Source: Felis catus
Taxonomy: Eukaryota
Assembly: GCF_018350175.1 (NCBI RefSeq)
Contig: NC_058383.1
Span: 3,534,001 to 3,598,000, forward strand
Length of the DNA stretch: 64,000 bases
Direction: 5' to 3'
The notes under the pieces are model-generated. The model had not been told where the DNA came from. It ran no database searches and saw only the letters and a list, made by a program, of their open reading frames with translations. The position numbers and the translations under genes were made by a program. Below are positions 47,851 through 60,692 of this stretch, one piece after another; within the stretch, counting starts at the first letter, position 1, and each line of letters starts with the position of its first letter.

Positions 47851-48221
47851 CATACGCAAGAAAATCTTAAAGCATTCACGTCACGAAGAGGAGCCACGTG
47901 GCTTCCCACCCACCTAAATGGTTTTGGCATTTGTTGACATCCTTAGCAAGGCGAGGGTGACAGGACCTCGGTTCACAGGGTGCATGCCCCACGCCAGGCA
48001 CGATCCTGGGCCCGTTGCACGGCCCATCTCTGCTCACGTCCGGTCAACCCGGGAGGCCAGGGTGGCTTTCCCACGTCTAGGATGAGAAGACTGTGACAGA
48101 GCGAGGCTAAGCCACATGCTTGGGGAAGGAGACAGAACCTGGCCAGAGCCGCCGACCCCCTGTGGGATGAGGAGCCCCCAAGTGCCCACGTCCACCCTCC
48201 CCTGTCTCTTTTATCCCGCAG

Positions 48222-48347
48222 GCTCCCCGGGGTCCCCCAGAGATGTCTCGGTCAGCAAGTCCGCCTCTGAGCTGACCCTGCAGTGGACAGAGGGAAGCGT
48301 GGGCAGGACTCCCACCACGGGCTACGTCATCGAGGTCAGGCCCTCAG
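48222..48347 (+). CDS. SDK1: SDK1 exon J (126 nt), start of last FN3
   Basis: cccgcAG|GC...TCAG|GTaagg; (G)SPGSPRDVSVSKSASELTLQWTEGSVGRTPTTGYVIEVRPS; phase 1-1. Confidence 0.96.
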
Positions 48348-49729
48348 GTAAGGAGGGGGTTGGGCACCTGCCAAGGAGCCTGTTCAGCCTAGCGGAGGCG
48401 AGTGTCAGGGCCCTCTGGCCTCCGCTTGGCCTCTCTCTAAAGATGCGGAGACCACGAGGGCGACTCGAGGAAGGGCGAGGCACGTCCCTCCCTCCGCCGT
48501 AACCTCGCGGGCCTGAGATTCTCGATGGTTGGCCACAGTACACGTGCCTCAGAGCCCGGTCGTCGTCATCCTCAGAAACATGTACATGAAAACACAGGGA
48601 CGCTTACAGACACTTGCGGCTCCTCGGGAAGATCCAAGAGTGTTTTCGGATGCTCGCCTCAGGCTCCGCCTGTTTGCCCCGACAGACAGAGTCCCGCTCG
48701 CTCCCGATCAGGGCGCAGATTCCTGTCCACGCCCTCTGCCCCATCTTTTAGGCTCCCGAAAATGAGGTCTCAGGCCATTTCCTACCCTATCTGCCCAAGG
48801 AGGGTTTTCGCTCTCTTCCTCCCGTTCAGCTGTAATAACGAAGCATGGACGTTGCTGGAAGATCAATTTCTGCTGCGTGGAGTCGGCTACTACTCCTTGG
48901 AGCCATGGGGGCATCACCCAATGCAGAGAACACTGAGCACGTCCACTGTGGCCTGCAGGTGGTTGCACGTTCAATCATGAGCACCTGAGCACGAAAATAC
49001 AGGGTGCACCAGGGCTGCGGGCAGAGAGCCCTCTGCCAGAGCCCACCCTCAGCGCCGGGCGTCATTTTAGCCGGATATTTAAAGAAGCTATCACACCAAG
49101 AGGGAAGGGCTGTGAAGTCACTTAGGACTGTGCCAGATGCCCCTCCCCCATCAAAGTGCTTTTCAGGGGTTACTCGTTGTAAGCACCTCCTAGAAACTTC
49201 CAGGTAGAAATCTGGCGCCCGAGACCCAAACAGGCCCCGTGAAAGGCAATACGTCAAGTTCTTCAGCCCCTGAACTCAGATGTTCACCGTGCCGCCCCGA
49301 GGGGTCCTGGAGCTTATGCTGAGCGAGGCTTTCGGCCTGTTCTGGAAACGGAGGGTCGCAGATGGGCGACGGGCTTCCTGCGGCCACTGGGTTCCCCCGC
49401 CCCGTCCCTCTGAAAGCCGGCGGCCCCGAGAGCAGACAGCAGGCTCTCCGCCGAGGACACTTGATCCCACGGCACCTTCAGAGATTGGCGGGAGCCTCGA
49501 ATACAGGCCTGGTGAGGTCTGGGCCCAGCTGAGGGCTGAGGAGCCTGCACGGACGGACCCCAAGGAAGGAAGTCGACCCTTTCTCCCCGAATCTAGGGAG
49601 AGCGTTCATTGCAAAGGTTCCTTTGTGCCCTTTCAGGCTACCAAGGGCTCCTGAGAGAATTCGGGAGATCTGTGGACATCGCTCACCACCAGCTGACCTT
49701 CAGCATTTTCTTCCCTTATGAACGTAGGC

Positions 49730-50179
49730 GTGTTCGTGTATTCTGGCTGCTATGACCACGTACCCCGCACCAGGCGGCTTACCCCACGGCACGTACTGTC
49801 TCCCGGTCTAGAGGCCGGGTGTCTGAGGACAGGCGTGGTGGGGTTGGGTCCTGTGAGCTTGTGAGCGGAGGTCTGCTCCGTCCTCTCTCCCAGCTTCGGG
49901 TGGTTTGCCATCAACCCTGGGCCTTCTTGGGCTGTGGAGGGATTTCCCGCCCCCTCCCCCCCATCTCCACCTTCTCTCTGTGTGCCCTCCGGTCCCTGTG
50001 CCCGAACTTCCCCTTCTATGAGGACACCAGTCATACCGGGTTAGGGCCCACCCCCAAGACCTCACCTTGACTAGTTACATCTGCAAAGACCCTCTTTCCA
50101 AATAAGATCACATTCTGAGACATTGGGGATAGGACCTCGACCACGTGAATTTTGAGAGGTCACAATTCGACCTACAACA
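49730..50179 (-). mobile_element. MLT1 (A-C-like) solo LTR
   Basis: tatgaggacaccagtcata..ttagggcccacc..ttacatctgcaaagaccctctttccaaataagatcacattctgag..cacaattcgacctacaaca. Confidence 0.85.
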
Positions 50180-50699
50180 GTTGGGTTGAAACTGTAGTTT
50201 CACAACCTGTGGAATTGTCAGCAGTAGAAACCACACTGTTTCCCATCCCGACCCAGCTGGGGTGGGTGTTTCACAAGGTGGCAGACCTCGCCATCCAGAC
50301 GTTCCCTGGAACTTGTGCTCCAGCGCGGCCCTGGAGGAATCCAAGCCTTTGCACCCCATCTTCCAAAGAACCACGGAGCCCAACAGGCGCATCGAAAACC
50401 ACACGTGACCCACACAGTCAGCATCCCTGGGACACAGGGTTGCTGTGAACCTCCAGTTCCCTCTGGGTAATTACAGTCATTAGCAGCATAGCTGGCTTCC
50501 TTCTTAGTTTTATTTTCTGCATCCAAAGCCGTTCTGAGAAGGGCTCCCTTCAGAGTCAGCAGATTGCCGGAGGGGTCCGTGGCACCGGGAGGAGACAAGA
50601 AGGCTTGTCCTCGGTGACACAAGTGCAAGACCTTTGCCAAGTCATTTCCTTCGGCCCGCACGCTTGCTCCCCGACAGTGTTAAAAACCCCAGTGGATGT

Positions 50700-50915
50700 A
50701 TAGATGTGAGAGGCCACAGCGGGGTCACTGGGGCGACGGAAACGCTCTGTGTCTGGACCACGTTGACGTCAGTTCCTGGTTGCGATGTCTCGCTGTTGTT
50801 CTGAGGGGTGATACCGTCGGGGGACCCCGGATACAGGACGCGTGGCATCTCTCCGTAGTATTTCCCATAACCGTGTGGGGCTCTACAGTTATCTCAACAG
50901 AAAAAGCTCCACTCA
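50700..50915 (+). mobile_element. Old L1 (L1MC/ME-like) 3' end
   Basis: gacggaaacgctctgtgtct..tcctggttgcgat..atctctccgtagtatttc..tctacagttatctcaa. Confidence 0.6.
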
Positions 50916-53900
50916 AGATTTTAAAATACTGCGTGTATCCCACGGATGGTGTCCTGTTCAGTCAAGTGCAACGGCACGTCTTTGAAATGAGCATTCTCGT
51001 GTCAGAGATCAGCCGTGGGGAATGTGCCACAGCAGCAGCCAGACACGGGCGCAAGGGCTCGGAATCCTAACAGTGCAGAGCACGTTCCGGCCCCTTCTGA
51101 GGAAAGAGAAGGTATTGATCCTCAGACTTGCCTGGGGAGCCGTTTAATTTCTCATCAGGTTATCAGATGCTCACGCGTCCACCGTAGCGAAGGAAGCCGG
51201 TGGCCTGTGGCCAGAAGTGCAGCTTTAGGGAGTCTGCGAGGGGGTGTGTGAGGAAGAGCTGACCGGGGTGCCGGCCCAGGTCTCATACTGAGCCCCCCGC
51301 CCGGAGGTCCTCGGCCGAGCGGGCGCCTCCTGAGACCAGCGAGGCCCGGGGGTCGTGCCGCCACGTGGAAACCAACCCCCAGGGACTGAGACGCCACGGG
51401 AAGCTGGCCTGCAAGACGCTGTCTCGTTCAGCGGGCGCGAGAGATTTTGCCTCCCCTGGCGTCCTGCGACCGATTCCCCCTTTCAGACCGTCCGCCCAAG
51501 CAGAGCGGCTGCAGGGCTTCGCCGTCTTCCCGCGGAAAGGCCTCCTCCCTCCCGTGACAGGCCAGCAGCGACGCAGAGGCAAATGAAATGCTTTTATGGA
51601 TTGTCAATATTTAAACACCTTGCTGGTGCCTTAGGGCTTTGGATCTCAGCTGCCATCTATTACAGGCCTCATTACACAACACATTAAACGCTCTATCTTA
51701 TTTTCTCCACCGAAGCTCTCTGGCAAGACTTTCTCCAGGCAGGGGCATGGGTGTCAAAGGGAGTGGGGATTTGGTGGACGGGCCCGGGTTTTCGTGAGGA
51801 GGCCTTATTTTTTATTGGGGGTGGGGAGGGCAGGAGCTACCCGGCACACAGGTGACACCCGGCACACCCCTGGGTATCTGGGAAGCCTGAGCCCCTTGGC
51901 ACTAGGTGGCCCCTGGAGCCCCCACCTGTCTGCCCGGCCTGCCGTCTTCCTGTCCAGCTGAGTCTCTGTCTCAACCCCCAGGAGGCAGGTGGCTGATCAG
52001 CTGGGTGGCTGGCACCTCGAGGTGGCCAGCGGGCTCGGGCAGCCCCCCTCACCCTTCTGTACCCTCAACTGTCACCCCTACAATCTCTGCAGAGTAGCTC
52101 ACTGCTTCCCTAACGTGGAGACAGAACCAGACGACGGCCGTGACATTACTGTCGGGCTGGAGCCCAGAGTCCCTCTTACTCCGGGGAAGGACAGTCAGGG
52201 AGTGCGGGCGCGAGGACAGCCTGGCCAGAGACACCTCTCTCTGGTTGCGTGCACGTTTGCTCCGAATCCGCGTTGCAAAGTTCCCTGGAAGGCGACGGAG
52301 ACTATGCAGTGGGCACAGGCGGATGATTTATTTACACAAATTATCCCAAGGCATTTTACTGTGTAGATCACGAAGCCTAATTTACATATTTACACAATAG
52401 ACCGGAATGGCAGTAAGGGAACTATAAATATATTTTCCTCTCCGAAGCAGCCGTGAAATACATACTTAGGACATACCCGGTGCAGACAGACATTGTATTG
52501 CCTTTTTCACAAGCAGCATCTTTAGCCCAGAGATGAGAGCTGGTCCCTCCTCGTCCCCATCCCCGATCTGGACCTGCCTCATCCACGCGGAGTCCCCCTG
52601 GAAGCCCCCCACCCGCCTCCCCGCTCCCCACCGTCAGCCTCTGGCCGAGGGATTTTCAGTTGAACAAAGAACAAAATCAGTCTTTTCCCAAAGGTTTTAA
52701 AACCCATGGAAATTCCCAAGTCAGCAAATTCAGCAGGGGGAAGGAGCTGCAGGCACAGGTCCGACGGCGCCCGGCCTGGCACCCACTCCCGGCCTCCTCG
52801 CACCCACGTCCGCTGACCGCCCGCCCGCCCGGGCGCCCTGCCGCCCGCTGGGCTCAGCCTGTCACAGGCCTCCTTTGCTTCTAGACATTCGTCCCCGCTT
52901 GTCTCCTGCCTTACAAGGGAATTTTTTTTCTTGCCCTGCGAGGTATTTAGCCTCATGTTTGAGCCCCACCTGCCTCAGTCAGATTTCGGACCGAGATTGA
53001 CCACGGATACGACAGAAATGGCAGCGTCTAAGAAACACACGGCCGACAGGCGTCCATTTGCTCCGAGCCACAGCCTGACAGTCACGTTGTTGGTGACATG
53101 AGTTAGTGGAACCAGAAATCTCGGGCCCGTGAGTGACAGTTTCATTCAGCACGGAGACCCTGTTTAATTGTCCGTGAAATCAAACTTTCGTGCTGGCCTG
53201 GCATCCGCCTGAATACCTGCGGCACACAGCTCCGTTCTGGGCGTTCGAGGGATAAATCGAGCGACCCGCAGATGTGCCCGAGCTGGGCTCCGTCTCGATC
53301 CAGAAGAGAGGTGTTCGTGTTCCCACGTTTATTAGGACATCGTCTGGGAGCAGATGTGCCTCCCGCTGCCGGGGCGGGGGAGAGGCCGGGCTGCCCGTTC
53401 TGTGAGCCGCAACTAGGCCTGTCGTGAGGCAGCAAAACTGTTCAGACCGGAAGAGGGTTCTTTCCACAAGGACCTTGACCATCGGCTGCTTCCCCGTGTC
53501 TGACGCACAGATAATGCGCTGTAGGCGGCAAAGACAAAGAGTTCATGTTCTTTCCCGAAACATGAGCCCGCTGAGGAGCCAGACCGTGTGTGTGGCTTCT
53601 TACCACCTCCCCCGAGGCTGGTGGGACCTGGGGTGTCTTTAGGGATAATTGCAAAGTTTCTCTCTCAGCGGTGTCCCCCACCCACCCCCCGCTTAGCTGG
53701 TGGGGGCAGGATTGCTGTCCCTGGCAGGTGTTTGAGTGGCGAGAGTCCAGGGAGGTGCTCCCCCAGGCGTCCAGGAATAGGGGGCAGGCCCCGCACACCA
53801 GTGTGATTTGGGCTCACTTCCCCGCCACGGGCCCCCCTCCTACAGACATCAAGACCACGCCCACAGGAAGTCCAACGCCCCGGAGCCCGCAGAGGACACA

Positions 53901-54913
53901 GCACGGGACATCAGCCATTCAGGGATGCAGCTTTGGAAGGTATCTGGACACAGGAGCTCCCCGAGCTCAGACGGGAAGGCAGGCTCGGGCCCCCTGAGCA
54001 TCCCAGTGGGGGCCAGTCCCACCTGGGTCTGAGGGCTGGCTGAATCGGACCCCCAGAACCGCCTTTGGAACGAGCGAAGGCCCACGCTGCTCTCAAGTGT
54101 TGATTGAGATGGAAATCCAGACGCTGGGGATTATCCCTATGCATGGAAAATCAGTTGCACAAACCTCATTATGGCTAATAGTTCTGTAATGTTATTTTCC
54201 CCCCTAATTTGTAGAGATACTTTTCTCCATCATTGATTTATTGAGATACTTAACGGCACAATACAAACGAGAAAAAAACAATCCACGGTAGGGAAAGAGA
54301 GTGGACGCGTTAACAGCTGCCAAGTTTTCTTACCCACTCATGATCACGATGTAAAGATCAGTACAGATAAATAGCCCTGTGAATTAGAAGCAAATTCTAA
54401 AACGCAAAATGTGCTAATTTTGGCAAGGAGGAATTAAGCAAAATAAAAATGTGAACATTTTCTTCTCGTAGTTCAGAAGGAAATTCTCTCGGCATGACTC
54501 TCCCTCCCCCAACATTTTTCAGTGTAAATGGATTGCTATATAAATTGTTCTGTGTTGAGATTCTATATCAATATTTTAAAATGTTTTTATGAAAAATGCA
54601 CACAATTCCTGGGGCTGTGACAGAGCGCTTAAAATAAAATGTGGCCTTTAGGTGACGGTGGAGGAAGGGGAAATAATTTTTTTTCTTCGGGAGCAGGAAA
54701 GCATTACAGAAACATTAATGCAAAAGACACTTGGAGAAGTCATTCCAGAAGAGTTCAGACCTGCTCTTAACAGTCTGAGAATTCCTTTCACACTTAGTCC
54801 CTGCACTGCAGTGGTTCAAGCAACATCCAGTTTAAAAGAGCTTATATTTTTTTTTTTTGCTTGTCTTTTTTACAGCATAAAATTGTCTTCCCTTTTAGAA
54901 GAAAAACACTGCA

Positions 54914-55097
54914 GGGGCACCATGGTGGCTCAGGTGGTTAGGCATCCTACTCTTGATTTTGGCTCAGGTCATGATCCCAGGGTCACAGGATCAGGCCCCG
55001 ATTCAGGCTTGATGCCTGCTTAGGATTCTATTTCTCTGTCTCCCCTGCCCCTCTCCCCCATTCCCTTTCTCTCTCACACACAAAAAAGAAAAGAAAC
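54914..55097 (+). mobile_element. CAN-SINE, more diverged copy, followed by a MIR remnant (~55110-55172)
   Basis: ggggcaccatggtggctcaggtggttaggc..ttggctcaggtcatgatc..CT tract, A-rich tail; then aaagcgcttagaatagtg..catagtaagtgct. Confidence 0.88.
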
Positions 55098-55224
55098 AAT
55101 TCAGTCAACATTTAAAGCGCTTAGAATAGTGACTTGCTCATAGTAAGTGCTAAATAAAATGGTGGTGGTTGTTTACTGAAAAGCTGATTGTGCTAGGCCC
55201 TGCAAAGTGCTATGGGAAGGTAAA

Positions 55225-56190
55225 GATGGATGGATAGAAGGATGGATGGATGGATGGATGGATGGATGGATGGATGGATGGATGGAAGGAAGGATGGATG
55301 GTGGAAGGGAAGAGAAGGAAAGGAAAAGAAAGGAAGGGAAATGGGTGGATGGATGGAAGGATGGATGATGGATAGATAAAAGGATTGATGGTGGAAGGAA
55401 GGAAGGAAGGAAGGAAGGAAGGAAGGAAAGGTAAGTGGGTGGATGGATGGATGGAAGGAAGGAAGGATGGATAGATGGGTGGGTGGAAGGATTGATGGTG
55501 GAAGGAAGGAAGGAAAGGAAGGAAGGAAAGAAGGAAGGAAGGAAGGAAGGAAGGAAGGAAGGAAGGAAGGAAGGAAGGAAGGAAAGGTAAGTGGGTGGAT
55601 GGATGGACAGAAGGAAGGAAGGATGGATAGATGGGTAGATGGAAGGAAGGAAGGAAGGAAGGAAGGAAGGAAGGAAGGAAGGAAGGAAGGAAGGGTAAGT
55701 GGGTGGATGGATGGAAGGAAGGAAGGATGGATGGATGGATGGTAGATGGATGGGTGGAAGGATTGATGGTGGAAGGGAAGAAGGAAGGAAGGAAGGAAGG
55801 GGAGGTAAGTGGGTGGATGGATGGACAGAAGGAAGGAAGGATGGATAGATGGGTGGATGGAAGGAAGGAGGGAAGGAAGGAAGGAAGGAAGGAGAGGTAA
55901 GTGGGTGGATGGATGGACGGAAGGAAGGAAGGATGGATAGATGGGTGGATGGATGGAAGGAAGGAAGGAAGGAAGGAAGGAGAGGTAAGTGGGTGGATGG
56001 ATGGACGGAAGGAAGGAAGGATGGATAGATGGGTGGAAGGAAGGAAGGAAGGAAGGATGGTAGATGGGTGGGTAGAAGGATTGATGGTGGAAGGAAGGAA
56101 GGAAGGAAGGAAGGAAGGAAGGAAGGAAGGAAGGAAGGAAGGAAGGAAGGAAGGAAGGGGAGGTAAGTGGGTGCATGGATGGAAGGATGG
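55225..56190 (+). repeat. Compound (GGAA)n/(GGAT)n purine-rich repeat with recurring GGTAAGTGGGTGGATGG module
   Basis: About 1 kb nearly devoid of C; GGTAAGTGGGTG seen seven times. Confidence 0.97.
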
Positions 56191-57493
56191 ACCACCCCAA
56201 CAGATATTTATTGAACTCTTGAAGACTCGGAGGGCACCATGGTGCCGAAAGGTAAATGTGAAAGAGTGCTCAGAAAGCCAGTTGGTGGAGGCAACCCCCT
56301 TGCTAAAGCGTAGGAGTGAGGTCAAGACGAGTCTGAAAGGGTGAAATGACTTGATGTTCCTCCGCACACTGCCCTTAGACTAGGAGCTGCTCGTGCGAGC
56401 AGAAATCTCACCTGATTCCCCGATGGGCGGAACAGCCCAAGCAAAGAGTGAGCACGCGAGTGTCTGTGGAATGAACACGTGAATGAACGGGAGGCGGTGG
56501 AGGGAGAGGAAGGGGCCACCGGGGCAGAGCAGGGCTATAGAGCAGGGGGCACTCTCGGTGCCCATTATTTCCTGGTCATTGTCATGCAAACTCAGAACGA
56601 AAACCACAGCCCACAGCCACCCCGTGTGCAAACTTCAGCGTGTCGGTGGTGGGGGGTGGGACTTGGAGCTGTGGCCGGCTGGCCATTTTGACGTGATTAG
56701 CTGTAACGGGCACCTCGGTGAGGAATGAGTGTAAACGTGAAAGTTGAGGAATAAATGATCATTGTGCTCTTTTTCTGCCCGTCCAGAGATTTGTGCCTTT
56801 AAAATCTCATTCACGTCCGTGCCTTCGTTAACCTGTGGCTGTAAGGGCTTAATCGGTGCAAACTCTAAATCCTATGCAAACACAGACTTATACGCCAGCA
56901 CTTTTCTTCCTGTGTGCTGTTGGGCTAATCCACTCGAGCGCATCTGGCGTTCCAAGGTGCGTGAGCAGGTTGGTGCCAGATAACCCTCAGCTCTCTGCAA
57001 AGCTGTCCGCACGTGTGCGTGCACACTCAAACGTGCCTTTCCTCTCCGGACCTCCTGCTCTCTTTAAAGGATCACATACCTGTGCCTGCAAAGGAAATTA
57101 TAATTCATGAACGTTCTGGGCTCTGAGCCCACTTTTTACCAAGCAGCCTCCGTATGTGTCCTCACATAATGCACTCCTTGTGAGGCACTGTTACATACGC
57201 CAGAGATCCTACTAGAGACAACATCAAGTCAGAGAGCAGAGACGAGGCCTGGAATCCGATGGGAATGTGACAGGGCGAGGAGAATGTTCAGGAACATGCC
57301 ATGACCACCCCAGGGGACTCTCTGTCGGGGAGAGGGCTGACCTCGTCCCCAGCCTGGCCCCGTGCAACCCACCCGGGCTCTGGCTCTCCCGTCAGTTGCA
57401 CTGCGCGAGGGCCACGGTGAGCCGGCCGCGGGGCGGGCGCCAGGTCGAAGGCAGGAGAAAACCCTAACCTCTGCTCCTGTGCTGTGTCCTCAG

Positions 57494-57658
57494 ATGAAGG
57501 CCTGTGGGACATGTTTGCGAAGGACATCCCCCGGAGTGCCACCTCCTACACCGTCAGCCTGGACACGCTCAGGCAGGGAGTGACGTACGAGTTCCGAGTG
57601 GTGGCCGTGAACCAGGCGGGCTACGGGGAGCCCAGCAGCCCCTCTACAGCCGTGTCAG
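57494..57658 (+). CDS. SDK1: SDK1 exon K (165 nt), end of last FN3
   Basis: cctcAG|AT...TCAG|GTaggg; (D)[54 protein letters not shown]. Confidence 0.96.
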
Positions 57659-59017
57659 GTAGGGAGCCCTGCCCAAGCAGGGGAATCTCAGGACACAACC
57701 CTGTCCCCAGAGGGAGGAGAGGGAGACATGGGGCCGTCACGAAAAGACAGAGGACAACACCGTGCTTCGTGTAGGCGGCCCTGCCGAGGGCCCAGGGAAC
57801 TCGGTGCTGGGGAAGTGGTGTGCATGGGAGCCCGTGGCACCACCACCAGGCCCCCCGACTGCCCTTACCATGTTCCGCTTGAGCAAGCCTCAGTTTTTGT
57901 CTCACTTTTCCCTAATCGGAGGCCTGTGCAGGAGTCAGAGCAGTCCACTTGGGCTGAGCAGTGCCCTCGGGGGTGAAGGCCACCCTGAGCCCTCCCATGA
58001 GCTGCAGGCCCCTTATGGTGCAGACTTGTGTGATGCCTAAAATGCAAAAGTCGCCCCAGCAGACGCCCCCGGGGAGTGTCTTAGTGCCAGACATAGGTTG
58101 TGTCTGATGGGGGACCTCGGGGACGTGAGCCCGTGCTGGTCGCCACCCTGTAGGGTGAGGCCCCGGCTCCACTCTGGATGGGAGAGGTGAGGTTTCTTTC
58201 CCAGAGCTGGACAGACTAGCCACCGTCACCAGCCTTGTGGCCGGGGGTGTAACAGATGGGGAGAAAGTGACCGCCAGGAGTCAGGAAGGGCTTCTCAGAA
58301 GAGGGGGTCTGGGTGGTGAAGGGTGCACAGTGGGGAGGGCACAGGAGAAGGAGGCAGCACAAAGTCTCAGACGGCAGGTTGGGTGGGGGGGAAGCTGCCT
58401 TCAGCCCCAGGGTTACAGGGGGTTGCTTGGAGAACGCCCCCCCCCGGGGGCTCCACAGCGGATCCCCCCCCGCCCCGTCCCGGGCAGCCCAAGTTGGGAG
58501 CCCGCTCTGGAGGGATAGTAGGGAGCCAGGTGAGGACGATTCAGAAAAGAATTTGGCCATCCCCTGCAGGCAGGGTCACCGGCAAGGCCAGAGACCCAGA
58601 CGGGCATCCCTACAGTAAGAGAAACGTGTTTCACTTCCCCTGCACGTAGGTCTGTTTAAGCTACTGACTGCTCTTGTGTCACTGAAAACACCTCTCGTGT
58701 TTTGCCTTTGGACTTGCCGTTGGACAAGGATAGTGTCCGTGGGCGCACTCGGGCCCCCCAAGTCCCGGTGGCCCGTGAGGAGGTCTGCCTGGAGGAGACA
58801 TGGCACACCGCTGGCTTGTTTAACAAATCAGACTTTAACACACCAAATTTTTCTCATTTCCTTCATTTTCCTCGTGAAAAATTTAATACACCCCCAAAAA
58901 GAGAGACTAGAATAAGGAATCCCTGGACATTGTCACCCCAGTTCCCCAATTCAAGCCTCTCTTGGTTCACCTGTGGAAAGTCAACATGAAGCGGTTCCAA
59001 ACGCACAGAGACTCTGG

Positions 59018-59019
<2 letters not shown>

Positions 59020-59061
<42 letters not shown>
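59020..59061 (+). repeat. (CA)n microsatellite
   Basis: Uninterrupted CA run. Confidence 0.97.
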
Positions 59062-59063
<2 letters not shown>

Positions 59064-59829
59064 CCGATGGCAAAAGCTGGTTCCTACAGGAGAATACAGC
59101 GCTCCTACCCTGCTGCTCATGGGGTCTGTGACCGTGCTGTTTCTCTGAAACCCCCTGCACCCCCTCGCCCACCGTGGCCACCGGCAGGACTGTGCTCGGC
59201 TCCCTTCACCCTTCAGACCAGCCAGCAGGCGGGGCCGACCGCAGATCTGCCCCGGGTGAGAATCTTGCGGGCACCGAGGCCTTTCCTTTCCAGGCCCACC
59301 TGGGCCTCTTCCGCTGGGCGGTCGGCTGGGGTTTGTTGGCTCATTACGTGGGGGCCCTAACGTGCAGCCTGAAAACCACTTACCGTGTCTGGACTCCAAA
59401 TGCTTGCCAGCTCCCCGGAACCCCTGTGCTGTTACATTATCCAAAGTCAATCCCCCTTTCTCAACCCCAGCGTGCACACATTTTTCACCTGCCCAGTGAG
59501 AGATTTAACACAAGGTAGATGTGTTTGTTGTGGATTTCGGTGGCTGGAAGGTGGACCTTGGCCTCACCCGTAATAGGCTTCCTGTTCCCTCCGAACCAGC
59601 TCTCAGGGGAGGACCCCGAGGCCATCCGGCACCTACAAGAAACAGTGCCCATTGTTCTCTTCTTAGTAAACAGAATAAAACATGATCCAGAAGGGTATCC
59701 TTCTTCAAAGCAACTTCTAAATGAACCTTTTCTGTTCGGTGCCTCAAAAAACATAGGGAAAGATGGGCCAGTTCTGCTCAGTTTTGCTGGAGGCGCAAAA
59801 TAAATAAACTACAACCGCGGCCCTTGGGG

Positions 59830-60330
59830 AGCCCTGGTGTGGCAGAACAGGCCAGCGGGGAGGCTTCTGTGCAGCTGTGGATGGGATCTAGCCCTGGGAG
59901 TGAGCAGGAGTCAGACCACGGGGCCCCTAGGCTTGGACTGTGCCCCGTGGCTAACGTGGGGCACTGAAGCCTTTTAGGAAGGGATGGTTTGTTTCCATCT
60001 GAGTGAGATCTCTCTGGTGACAGTGTAGGGAGTGGATTGGGGTGAGTCCAGTAGAGGAGAAGCCCCCTGAGAAGAGGCTGTGGCGGGCAGGGGTGGGTGG
60101 TGGCCCTGGTGGAGAGGGTAAGGGGACCGCGGGGCCATCCGGGAGGGAAGCCTGGGCCCTAGAAGAGGGGAGGGCATCCAGGCACTCCGATCCTTCCTGT
60201 CTTTACCCTGGATGACATCCGCGGGCAGGTGGATGTGGAGGTCACAGGAAGTAGCGCAAAGGACGGTGTAGATGGTCAAGGGCAGGGCGAGCTCTGGGAA
60301 AGGGCAGCATGGGTGCCACGGGGCCCCCGA
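59830..60330 (-). mobile_element. L2 LINE internal fragment
   Basis: caggagtcagaccacggggcc..gcactgaagccttttagg..gagatctctctggtgacagtgtagggagtggatt. Confidence 0.55.
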
Positions 60331-60554
60331 GCCCGGTTCCCGCAGGGAAGGAGCAGCGGCCGCAGAGCCCGTCACGCCCGAGCCTGGGTCTGGGAAGCTG
60401 GAACCCACGCCAGCCCGTGGTTCCGTCCTCCCCATAACTCGGGGCTCATCGCCTCCTCCCTCCCCGCCCCCACCCTGCACGGAGCCCCGCCACCTGTTCC
60501 TGGACAGGAGGCAGGAGTCTCCATCGCGTGTGACTGTGTTGGTGTGCCCCTCAG

Positions 60555-60692
60555 CGCAAGTGGAGACCCCGTTCTACGGGGAGTGGTGGTTCCTCCTGGT
60601 GATGGCGCTGTCCAGCCTGATCGTCCTGCTTCTGGTGGTGTTTGCTCTGGTCTTGCACGGGCAGAACAAGAGATACAAGAACTGCGGCACAG
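60555..60692 (+). CDS. SDK1: SDK1 exon L (138 nt), transmembrane exon
   Basis: cctcAG|CG...ACAG|GTgagg; (A)QVETPFYGEWWFLLVMALSSLIVLLLVVFALVLHGQNKRYKNCGT; hydrophobic helix followed by basic residues. Confidence 0.96.

Noticed and set aside
56233..56246. 14-bp palindrome ggcaccatggtgcc
   Set aside because: A single short palindrome in an L2-like remnant; plausible by chance in 64 kb
55173..56367. Three 335-385-aa minus-strand ORFs (PSFL/PSIH repeats)
   Set aside because: Translations of (TTCC)n/(ATCC)n repeats, open in all three frames
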